27,620 nt of DNA, from positions 1 through 27,620 of IMG/VR virus record IMGVR_UViG_3300008255_000394, one strand, 5' to 3'. This DNA comes from a virus. Taxonomy: Duplodnaviria > Caudoviricetes. Within the stretch, counting starts at the first letter, position 1. Every line of letters begins with the position of its first letter. Shown here in pieces: positions 1-8,411 of the stretch. The notes beneath the pieces were generated by a model. That model searched no databases and was not told where the DNA came from. It was given only the letters and a program-made list of their open reading frames with translations. The translations under genes and the position numbers were made by a program.

Positions 1-30
1 TATAGAACAATAAAATACACTGGAGAAACA

Positions 31-327
31 ATGAGAAAGCTTCTTAATGTAATTAAAGAAATAGACGAAGGAAACGAACAAATTATAAACTTCCAAATTG
101 AAACTTTTAAAAATTCTGATGTTGTAAAACGAGAAGAAACTAATACCATTAATTCAATAGGAGAAAACCCAAATTTAATTACTTTAAAAAGAAGAAAATT
201 GCCTTGTTGTGAACAAACTATTAAAGAAGTTATTTTAACAATTAAGAATTTTCCGTTTGATGAATATACAGACTTTGAAATTGGAGAAACATTAAAAAAA
301 GATTTGGAAAAAGGAATTTTAAAATGA
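31..327 (+). CDS. Hypothetical protein
   Basis: 98-aa ORF, GGAG upstream, ATGA overlap with next ORF; no recognised motif. Confidence 0.6.
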   Translation: MRKLLNVIKEIDEGNEQIINFQIETFKNSDVVKREETNTINSIGENPNLITLKRRKLPCCEQTIKEVILTIKNFPFDEYTDFEIGETLKKDLEKGILK

Positions 328-518
328 AAGTTGATAAATCTAATTGCATCTTAACCTTATTTAATCCAAAAGGAGAAATTACTTTAGATATACCTAAATT
401 TGTATGTGAAATGGAAGTGGTTAACGGAGTTATTATAAATTTAATATATATGCCAAATTGGTGGAATAGATTTTGGATGAAAAGAATATTTGGATTTAAA
501 TTTAGGCATTTAAAATGA
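324..518 (+). CDS. Hypothetical protein (PNWWNRFWMKRIFGF motif)
   Basis: 64 aa, ATGA overlaps on both sides. Confidence 0.6.
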   Translation: MKVDKSNCILTLFNPKGEITLDIPKFVCEMEVVNGVIINLIYMPNWWNRFWMKRIFGFKFRHLK

Positions 519-586
519 AAACAAAAATCAATCAAGTAATTATAACAAATAAAACAGATAAATTAGTATTTGTTGTTGATACAGAT
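508..586 (+). repeat. 79-bp direct repeat, copy 1
   Basis: ATTTAAAATGAAAACAAAAATC...GTTGATACAGAT; identical to 1042-1120 except one T/C. Confidence 0.95.
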
Positions 587-718
587 AATATTAAAAAAAT
601 AGAACTTTTTAAGAAAAAAATTGAAGAATTTTTTGAAAGCAAAAAAAGAGTTTTAATTGTAGGTGGTGCTGAAATAATAAAATTTGAAAAACCCAAAAGA
701 TTTAAGAAACATTTATAA
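515..718 (+). CDS. Hypothetical protein
   Basis: 67 aa, coupled to upstream ORF; first 24 codons duplicated at 1049-1120. Confidence 0.6.
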   Translation: MKTKINQVIITNKTDKLVFVVDTDNIKKIELFKKKIEEFFESKKRVLIVGGAEIIKFEKPKRFKKHL

Positions 719-719
719 A
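712..719 (+). promoter_or_regulatory. Archaeal TATA box (TTTATAAA)
   Basis: 21 nt before ATG at 741, same spacing as five other sites. Confidence 0.65.
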
Positions 720-740
720 TAAAATCAGCTTCGTATATAT

Positions 741-914
741 ATGGAAAACAAAACAACAGCATTAATTTTATCATGTATAGGTTTTATAGGAATTGCTGGT
801 ATACATAGATTATTTCTTTTCACAATTGGTTTCTTTGGGATTGGAACATTAGTTGATTTAATAAATATCTCAATGGGAAAATTCAAAGATAAAAAAGGGA
901 GAGTTCTTAAATAA
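741..914 (+). CDS. TM2-domain-like membrane protein, 57 aa (not in ORF track)
   Basis: MENKTTALILSCIGFIGIAGIHRLFLFTIGFFGIGTLVDLINISMGKFKDKKGRVLK; GxHR and GxxGIGxxxD TM2 motifs; TAATG overlap with next ORF. Confidence 0.7.
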   Translation: MENKTTALILSCIGFIGIAGIHRLFLFTIGFFGIGTLVDLINISMGKFKDKKGRVLK

Positions 915-1144
915 TGGAAGAAGTAGACTGGAGAGAAATCTTAAATGAGGATAAAATCTTAAATAAACCTGAACCAGAAGATTACAAATTTTATTTATCA
1001 AGTGGGTTATATAAATGTTGTAGAATAGGTGATACTGAAAAATTTAAAATGAAAACAAAAATCAATCAAGTAATTATAACAAATAAAACAGATAAATTAG
1101 TATTTGCTGTTGATACAGATGAATATAAGGGAAAGAAACATTAA
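914..1144 (+). CDS. Chimeric hypothetical ORF (C-terminal part duplicated from 515..718)
   Basis: 76 aa, contains MKTKINQVIITNKTDKLVF(A)VDTD. Confidence 0.45.
   Translation: MEEVDWREILNEDKILNKPEPEDYKFYLSSGLYKCCRIGDTEKFKMKTKINQVIITNKTDKLVFAVDTDEYKGKKH
1042..1120 (+). repeat. 79-bp direct repeat, copy 2
   Basis: Matches 508-586 with one mismatch. Confidence 0.95.
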
Positions 1145-1214
1145 TACTTATAGTTGTTATAAAGGGAAAAAAGAACCCTGTGGAAAATGTAAAGCCTGTA
1201 AATCATTAAAATGA
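1119..1214 (+). pseudogene. queC: C-terminal remnant of QueC-like 7-cyano-7-deazaguanine synthase
   Basis: MNIRERNINTYSCYKGKKEPCGKCKACKSLK matches the QueC Zn-binding TxSCY...CGxCxxC motif; ATGA overlap with the TGT-like gene; N-terminal PP-loop domain absent. Confidence 0.7.
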
Positions 1215-2515
1215 AAATATTTTTTGCTGGAGCAGAATCAAATGAACATAGAAAATCATTATTAGAAATTGGAGTAAAAAATATTTTATTAACTTTTTAT
1301 TATTTAAAGGATAAAAATGATGAAAAAATAAAAGAAATGTTTGATGAATTAAAAAAAGAAAATATAAACATTTTTTTAGATAGTGGGGCATTCTCTTTTA
1401 TGTATTCAAGTAGTGAAAAACCATCTTTTGAAGTATTAGAAGATTATGTAAAAGAATATATACTTTTCTTAAAAAAATACAAGGATTATTTAGAAATATA
1501 TGTTGAATTAGATGTGGATAAAGTAATTGGATTAGAAAATACTTTAAAATTAAGACAAAATATGATAGATGAAGGATTAAATCCAGTATTAGTTCACCAT
1601 TTTGAAACAAGAACAGATGAAATGTGGGAAGAAGCATGCAAAAATAATAAAATAGTGGCAATGGGAAGTATTGCTCAAGGTGAGCAGTTAAACATAGGAA
1701 AAATAGCCTCTTTATTAAACATAGCAAATAAATACAAAACAAAAGTACATGGATTTGGATTTACAAGATTGGATTTATTAAACAAATTAAAATTTTATTC
1801 CGTTGATTCCACATCTTGGTTAGGAGGTAATAAATTTGGGCAAACTGAAACCTATTATTTTGATGGAAAACAATTAAGAGAATATAGTCAAGAGGATAAA
1901 AATATTAGATTAAAGTTTAAAGAATTATGTGAAAAGATAGGGGTAGATTTTGAAAAATTGATAAAAGATGATGGAAGAGAAGTAAGAAAATTTAATACTT
2001 ATAATTGGAAAATCTTTTCAGATTACTTAGAAAACGAGTCTAAAAATTCCGATGGAATAAAAATCAAAAACGGATATGATAATTCAAAGTTTAATGCAGT
2101 AAAAACAGGATTATATGCAAGACACCCGGAAGCATTAGAACATATTAAATGTCCAAAGAAATGCGATGTGTTTATGAATACAGGAAAATGTGTCCATACA
2201 AAAAATCTAAAGATTTTAGAGGTTAAAGATTTAGAGGATATGAAGAAGAAAATGCTCAAATTAATAAACTTCACAGGAAAGCGATATGTATCGGGTTTAA
2301 TAGGAGAAGAACAAACAGAAGGTTTGTTAGATAGGGCGGTAGATAGAGTAGCCAATAATTATGCCAAATATATTGAAACATATCAAAAATTAACGGTTCC
2401 CCAAAATGAGATAATCATTAAAAATGAAAAAAGCATCGTAGAACTTATGAGGGACGCAAGGAAAGAATTAGATAATATTGATAACAAAAGCGGAAGCGAT
2501 AAAGAAACTAATTGA
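1211..2515 (+). CDS. TGT/DpdA-like transglycosylase (N-terminal ~275 aa) fused to probable terminase small subunit
   Basis: FLDSGAFS, YVELDV, VHGFG and SVDSTSW TGT-fold motifs; C-terminal FNAVKTGLYA (TerS-type NAxKxGxY) plus Cys cluster; overlaps the TerL start. Confidence 0.7.
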   Translation: MKIFFAGAESNEHRKSLLEIGVKNILLTFYYLKDKNDEKIKEMFDELKKENINIFLDSGAFSFMYSSSEKPSFEVLEDYVKEYILFLKKYKDYLEIYVELDVDKVIGLENTLKLRQNMIDEGLNPVLVHHFETRTDEMWEEACKNNKIVAMGSIAQGEQLNIGKIASLLNIANKYKTKVHGFGFTRLDLLNKLKFYSVDSTSWLGGNKFGQTETYYFDGKQLREYSQEDKNIRLKFKELCEKIGVDFEKLIKDDGREVRKFNTYNWKIFSDYLENESKNSDGIKIKNGYDNSKFNAVKTGLYARHPEALEHIKCPKKCDVFMNTGKCVHTKNLKILEVKDLEDMKKKMLKLINFTGKRYVSGLIGEEQTEGLLDRAVDRVANNYAKYIETYQKLTVPQNEIIIKNEKSIVELMRDARKELDNIDNKSGSDKETN

Positions 2516-3917
2516 AAAAAGAGATGTTAGGATTTTTAATCAAAAATTCTTTGGAGTTAATTTAACAACAACTCAAGAAGAAATAGTAAGGACTGTAGCT
2601 TTTGATGAACATAAACGAGTGGTTATTTCTTGTATGACAAGATATGGAAAATCATTTTGTGTAAGTTTGGGTTTACTTTTATGGATTATGATGAATGAAA
2701 GAAAAAGATTGGGTATAATTGCCCCAACAAATGAAAAAACATCAATCCTAAGAAATTATATGTCTAATTTTATTACTATGTGCCCAGACTTAATGGATTT
2801 ATTGGATTTAGATAAAAAAGGAACAGATAGAATTAAAAAAGAAGTAAGTAAACGAAGAATGACATGGAGAAATGGTATAGAAATGAGAACCCTCTCAGCA
2901 GAAGGTCATGGAGAACAACTTATGGGTTTTGGTTTTGATAAAGTAGTTGTAGACGAAACTTGTGATATTAAATTTGAAGTATTTAGGTCAAGAATAACAA
3001 GAATGTTAGGAGATAGTCCAAATGCCACCTACGTTGAGATAGGAAACCCGTGGCATAGAGATAATCATATGTGGATGCATTGGATTAACCCAAATTGGTT
3101 TAAGATACACGTAGATTGGAAAACTGCTTTAAAAGAAGGAAGAATTAGTGAAAATTTTTTAGAAGAACAAAGAAATCAATTAACCAATAGGGAATTTAAA
3201 ATATTATATGAAGCAGAATTCCCAGAAGAAAGTGAAGACCAATTAATTCATTTTTCTTGGATAAGAGATGCCATTAAACCCTTTGTAGAAATTTCGGGAA
3301 TTAAAACACTCGGGGTAGATGTAGCAAGAACAGGAAAAGATAGCACAGTATTAACTTATGGAGTAGTTTCTAATGATTTTTATATAGTAAAAGGAATACA
3401 AGAGCATAATCAAGAGGATACTATGCGTACGGTGGATAGAATTTTAACATTGCATTATAAAGAAAAGTTTAATAGAATTATTGTGGATACAAATGGGCTT
3501 GGTGCTGGTGTAGCAGATAGATTAAATCAATTAAAAAGGGATGGTCAATTAAATTGTGAAATAATTGAATTCTTTGGGGGAAGACAACCAGGTCCAGAAA
3601 TTAAGAAAATAACTACGGAAAAGAAAGTGGTTAAATCAAGATTTTTAAATACAAAAGCAGAAGCGTATTTTAAATTAAGGAGTATATTTGAGGAGGGAAG
3701 AATTATAATTCCCAATAATCCAAAATTGATAGACCAATTAACTAAAATGAAATGGATACTTACGGGAAATGAAAAGATTAGAGTTTTAGACCCCGGTATT
3801 GCTAAAGAAGACACCAGTGAAGAAAAATCCCCTGATTTTGCAGATAGTTTGTGTTATTTTTGTTATTCGGGAAAGAGAGAAGTGCTTACATTTCAGTTTT
3901 TAGATTTTAAAAAATAA
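2478..3917 (+). CDS. terL: Terminase large subunit
   Basis: Walker A-like TRYGKS, Walker B VVVDE, IGNP coupling motif, RNase H-like LGVDVARTGKD, VDTNGLGAGV and SPDFADSL; TTG start. Confidence 0.95.
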   Translation: MITKAEAIKKLIEKRDVRIFNQKFFGVNLTTTQEEIVRTVAFDEHKRVVISCMTRYGKSFCVSLGLLLWIMMNERKRLGIIAPTNEKTSILRNYMSNFITMCPDLMDLLDLDKKGTDRIKKEVSKRRMTWRNGIEMRTLSAEGHGEQLMGFGFDKVVVDETCDIKFEVFRSRITRMLGDSPNATYVEIGNPWHRDNHMWMHWINPNWFKIHVDWKTALKEGRISENFLEEQRNQLTNREFKILYEAEFPEESEDQLIHFSWIRDAIKPFVEISGIKTLGVDVARTGKDSTVLTYGVVSNDFYIVKGIQEHNQEDTMRTVDRILTLHYKEKFNRIIVDTNGLGAGVADRLNQLKRDGQLNCEIIEFFGGRQPGPEIKKITTEKKVVKSRFLNTKAEAYFKLRSIFEEGRIIIPNNPKLIDQLTKMKWILTGNEKIRVLDPGIAKEDTSEEKSPDFADSLCYFCYSGKREVLTFQFLDFKK

Positions 3918-3920
3918 AAA

Positions 3921-3928
3921 TTTATAAA
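3921..3928 (+). promoter_or_regulatory. Archaeal TATA box (TTTATAAA)
   Basis: 21 nt before ATG at 3950. Confidence 0.6.
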
Positions 3929-3949
3929 GACTAATTGATTGCCATAATG

Positions 3950-4432
3950 ATGACTTCTGGAAAATGCCCCCATCCTTGGAATAAAAATAAAAAAGGCACT
4001 TTTCTTAAAGGACATACCCAAATAAATAATGGAAAAGGTTATTTTGAGAAAGGTAGAAAAATACCAGAATGGCAAAAACAAGCAAATTCTTTAATACAAA
4101 CAGAAAGATATGAACTTGGTTTACACCCCCTAAAAAAATTGAATAAATTAGCATTCGAAAATAGATTAATAACTAATTGGTATGGCATTGGAAGAGCAAA
4201 TTGGAAAAAAAAATCTAAAGAAATACTTTTTAGAGATGGACATCATTGTATGAGATGCCATAAATCAATAAATAAATATAGTTATAATTGCCATCATAAG
4301 ATACCCTATCAAATAAGTAAAAATAACAGCGACAATAATTTAGTTTCATTATGTAGGAGTTGTCATACAATAGAAGAATGGAAAATAAGAAAAGAATTAA
4401 ATAAATCCAAAAACATCCAAAGATTTAAATAA
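3950..4432 (+). CDS. Free-standing HNH endonuclease 1
   Basis: PWNK and FxKG DNA-binding repeats; RDGHHCMRC, HHKIPY, NLVSLCRSCH; start moved to 3950 based on TATA spacing. Confidence 0.9.
   Translation: MTSGKCPHPWNKNKKGTFLKGHTQINNGKGYFEKGRKIPEWQKQANSLIQTERYELGLHPLKKLNKLAFENRLITNWYGIGRANWKKKSKEILFRDGHHCMRCHKSINKYSYNCHHKIPYQISKNNSDNNLVSLCRSCHTIEEWKIRKELNKSKNIQRFK
4424..4431 (+). promoter_or_regulatory. Archaeal TATA box (TTTAAATA) for portal
   Basis: 21 nt before ATG 4453; the 17-mer ATTTAAATAACAAAAAG recurs at 24471. Confidence 0.75.
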
Positions 4433-4452
4433 CAAAAAGAAATTAAAATATT

Positions 4453-7400
4453 ATGTCTGAACCAAACTTAAAAAAAGAAATTGCCAGACTAAGAAGTGAA
4501 GTAAGAAAGTTATCAAAAGATAAGAACTTACAAAAAGAGACTAACCCATTTACAGGGCTTGTAACAGGTAACTATTGGACACAAACAGGGATGCCTTGGG
4601 TTTCAAGTTCTGGAAGGAAGGCGGTTCTCACGGAGTGGTTTTGATTTTATTAGGGAAACTAAATAAAAGAACAAGCAACCCATCAGAGGACAACCGAGAC
4701 GGGTAGATACCAATGAACTTAGACAGTTCTCTCAAACATTTTGGATTAATTCCTGTGTTAATACTTATTTAGATGAAATAAGCGGAGTAGATTGGGATAT
4801 AATTGAAAAAGAAGGATATAATCACGATTGGGTTAAAAAACAAATAAATGAAGTTAAAACCTTTTTTGAATATCCAAATAAAAACAGAGAAAGTTTAACT
4901 ACAATAATAAGAGCATTACTTAAAGATATTCTTGAATTAGATGCTGGTGTTTTAGTAAAAGTATTTGATATTAATTCTTATGATTTTGATAATATTGAAC
5001 CCAAATCTGGTTCGCCATTACTTAAACCAAAAGGTCAAAGAAAAATGGTTGAATTATACGCTCGTGATGGAGCTTGTATAAGATTTGGTGAAATGATAGA
5101 AACTGATTTGGGATTTATACCAATAGGCAGAATAGTCAATGAAAAAATACAATGTAATGTCAAATCATATAATTTAGAAACAAAAGAAATAGAATGGAAA
5201 CCCATTATCAATTGGTTCAATAACGGAGTTACTACCGATTGGATAAGATTGAAAGCAAAGACTAATAGAAAATTCAGAAGTTTGACTGCTACACCAAATC
5301 ATAATATTTTAACTCTTGAAGGATATAAACAAGCAAAAGATATTTATTGTGGAGATACAATATTCACACAAAGTTATGATATTACAGAAGACCAAAAACA
5401 GATTATTTTAGGTAGTTTATTGGGTGATGGTAGTTTAACTAAAGGAGACTCGCAACAAGCAAAATACAAATATTCTGAAACCCATTCAATAAAGCAAAAA
5501 GAATATTTACTTTGGAAAAGAGATAATCTCAATTTCTTAGATTGGAGAACAGAAGAATTTTTGTCAAGATATGATAAAAAACATCAACCAACAGAAAAGA
5601 TAAGGATTTATTCAAACGCAGAAATTATTTTTGAAGATTTTTATAATTTAAAATACCCAGAATTAAAAATAGAAATGATTGAGCAATTAAATGAACTTGG
5701 TTTGGCTATTTGGGTACAGGATGATGGATATTATAATCAAGATAGTTATTCTATTTCTTGTGGAAAGACACCATTAGATACATTGTATGAAATAGCAACA
5801 ACATTGTATTCTAAATTTGGAATAATCTTTAAAGTAAGAGAAGGAAATAAAGAGAATTTATTAGAAGTTGGAAGAGAGGACGGAAGAAAATTAAAGGAGT
5901 TAATAAAACCCTACATTCACACATCTATGTCCTACAAAATAGGTGAAGGAGAAAACAAAATAAAAGAGATAAACAAAGATTATTCAATAAAGATATACCC
6001 AGTAAAAATATATTCCAGAGAAGAATTAAATGAATATGATGCAAGATATGATATTGAAGTTCAAGACAATCATAATTTCTTTGCTCAAGGATTATTGGTT
6101 AGTAATAGTTTTTTAAAAGAGGTTGATAAATTTGGATTTGAAATAGGATATTGGCAATATAGTTATCAAATACCCGCACATCCAATGTGGTTTAATAAAG
6201 ATGAGGTTTGTTATATTAGTAGAAATCAAAGAAGTATGAGTTGTTATGGATTTGCACCCACACAGTCAATACTTGATATAGTGAAATCTCTTCATTATTC
6301 ACTTTTGTATAATAAACGATTTTTTGAAGAAAATTCAATACCAGATGGTGTTCTTAGTGTATTAGATACAAATGAAACAGAATTAAAAAATTTCATTTCA
6401 AATTGGCAAAGAGATTTTAAAGCACAACCTCATAAATTTGCGGTGTTGAATAAAGCTATTCAATGGCAACCTTTTACAATAACTCAAAGAGAATTAGAAT
6501 TTCTTGAAACACAAAGTTGGTATTATAAAATGGTTATAAGTGCTTTTGGTTTAACTCCAACTGAATTAGGTATTACAGAAGATGTTAATCGTGCAACGAG
6601 TAACAATCAATCAGAACTAAGTCGTAGAAAAGGAATAAGACCTTTGCTTAAGATACTTGAAAAATATTTTAATGAAGAAATAATAAGTGAATTTGGATAT
6701 GAAGGAATTGAATTTACATTTATTTATGATGACCCAAGTGAAAAAAACCAAAGATTAACTAATTGGAAACTTGAAATAGATATGGGAGTTAAAACTGTCA
6801 ATGAAATAAGAAATGAAATGGGGCTTGAACCAGTTGAATGGGGAGAATTACCAATGAGTAGTTTAGGTAGAATAGTTAGTTCCCCTATTGAAGAAAATAA
6901 TCCAAAACAAGAAGAAAAATACCAAATCAATCAAAAGAGAGAAGAAGGAAAAAATGAAGAAAAACCAGTAGAAAAAGGAAAAAAATTAATTATGGACACA
7001 GATGATTTAATCTCTGAACACGAGAAATTAGTAAGAATATTAGAGCAAGGAAATCCAAATGAATTAAAAGAAGAAGCAAAACATCAAAAAAATGAATTAA
7101 ATGATTATAAAAGACAAGCAGAAAAAGGAATAGACGACGGTCAATATTATAGAGAACCAAGTTATGAAATAGAAAATCGTGGAAAAATAACTCAACCGCA
7201 AAATGAAAATACTTGTCCTCATTGTGGTAAAAATACTTTAAACCTTGAAGTAGATTTAGACAGTTTAGTAGGAGAAGCAAAAAGGTATAGATGTATAAAT
7301 TGCAATAGTTACTTCACACAAGAAGAATTAGATAAAGAAGTTCTAAATTCTCTTAGTAATACTCTTATGGCTAATAATTCAACAGAGCCAGTGACCAACC

Positions 7401-7933
7401 CAACTTGGAGCCCGAAGTCTTGTCAGAATTGTTCTAATGAGCAAAAACCACTAAATAAAGGAGACGTTGATATGGAAACAAAGGATTTTTGTGGTTTTGA
7501 TTATTCAAAGAGTTATGAACAAATAAGTGCTTATATAAACTCAAAAGAATATGAAAAATTACTCGATAAATATTTAAGTGATTTAACTAAAAAAAAAAGA
7601 GATAAAATAAAAGAAATAATTTATTTAGGAATGAAAGATGGCTTAACAATCAGAGAAATTTCAAATAGAATAAATAAAATAATAAAAGACGAAGAAAGAA
7701 GTGAATTAATAAGCAGAACCGAAGTAATAAGAGTTGCTAATGAAGGACAAATTAAAAAGTTTGAAGAAAAAGGCGTTGAAAAAGTTATTTGGCTTTCAGC
7801 ACCAGAAGATGGGAGATTATGTAATAAATGTAAAAAATTAGACAGAAAAATATTTTTAACAAAAAATATAAAAGGAAAAATTCCTCTTCATTGTCGTTGT
7901 AGGTGTTCGGTTTCAGAATATATAGAGGTATAA
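4453..7933 (+). CDS. Portal protein, join(4453..4643,4675..7933), with intein and C-terminal Zn-ribbon and MuF (SPP1 gp7-like) domains
   Basis: Spliced frame is 1149 aa (805 aa after intein removal); portal motifs YGFAP, FFEENSIPDGVLSV, ISAFGLTPTELG, TVNEIRNEMGLEP; MuF motifs ISRTEV, RLCNKC, IPLHCRCRCS; 4667-5044 is open in the portal frame but has no start codon. Confidence 0.85.
4644..4674 (+). other. 31-nt archaeal bulge-helix-bulge (BHB) intron in portal mRNA
   Basis: Central helix GUUU(4638-41)/GAAC(4669-72), 3-nt bulges UG^A (4642-44) and AA^G (4673-75), intron stem UUUUAUUAG/CUAAAUAAAA; removal gives TGG and restores the frame. Confidence 0.8.
5075..6106 (+). mobile_element. Intein with LAGLIDADG homing endonuclease (344 aa) in portal
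   Basis: Starts at Cys (RDGA|CIRFGEMIET), block B ATPNHNIL, LAGLIDADG motifs IILGSLLGDG and LAIWVQDDG, ends YDIEVQDNHNFFAQGLLVSN|S. Confidence 0.93.
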
Positions 7934-7934
7934 A

Positions 7935-8411
7935 ATGACAACTGATTATCGTGATATTTTTCAGGATGAACATAATCCTACTGCAAAAGCAAAAAAATCA
8001 ATTCTCGTAGATGGAACAGGAACAGAAATAAGTAGTTTAAATCCATTACCTACAACAGCTACAATAACTACTGGAGATATTGAAATTGGGGCAGTTGAAA
8101 TAAAAAATTCAACAGATGATACAAGAGCAGTAGTAAAATCAGACGGAACAAATAATGCTTTAGTTGTTGTTCAAAATACCCAACCAATTCCAACAGGAGC
8201 AAGTACAAGTGCAAATCAAGATACAATTATTTCTAATTTACAAACAATAAATAGTTTAGTTCCCTCTGTTTATGATTTTATTAGTTTAGGTTATACGGGG
8301 AGTAATTTAACTTCTGTAATATTTAAATCAGGAGGTTCTGGAGGAACTACAATATCTACATTAACTCTTGCTTATTCTGGTAGTGATTTAGTTTCTATCA
8401 CGAAAACCTAA
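7935..8411 (+). CDS. Virion structural protein (Thr/Ser/Gly-rich)
   Basis: Beta-strand-like composition, located in head module. Confidence 0.6.
   Translation: MTTDYRDIFQDEHNPTAKAKKSILVDGTGTEISSLNPLPTTATITTGDIEIGAVEIKNSTDDTRAVVKSDGTNNALVVVQNTQPIPTGASTSANQDTIISNLQTINSLVPSVYDFISLGYTGSNLTSVIFKSGGSGGTTISTLTLAYSGSDLVSITKT

Noticed and set aside
508-1120. DGR template/variable repeat pair or CRISPR array
   Set aside because: Only two copies, one mismatch, and no reverse transcriptase or spacer pattern.
4644-4674. Group I or II intron, or intrinsic terminator
   Set aside because: Far too short for a ribozyme core; the AU-rich hairpin has no downstream U-tract.
4639-4678. Ribosomal frameshift, hop or TGA readthrough as the explanation for the portal break
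   Set aside because: The portal frame has TAA at 4664-66, so shifting near TTT-TGA or landing on TTT 4646 still terminates. Readthrough stays in the wrong frame and meets TAG at 4651. There is no matching landing codon after the hairpin, whereas BHB geometry predicts the exact junction.
5045-7933. Portal starting at ATG 5045 as in the ORF track
   Set aside because: 126 open codons of portal-like sequence lie upstream, and the promoter sits before 4453.
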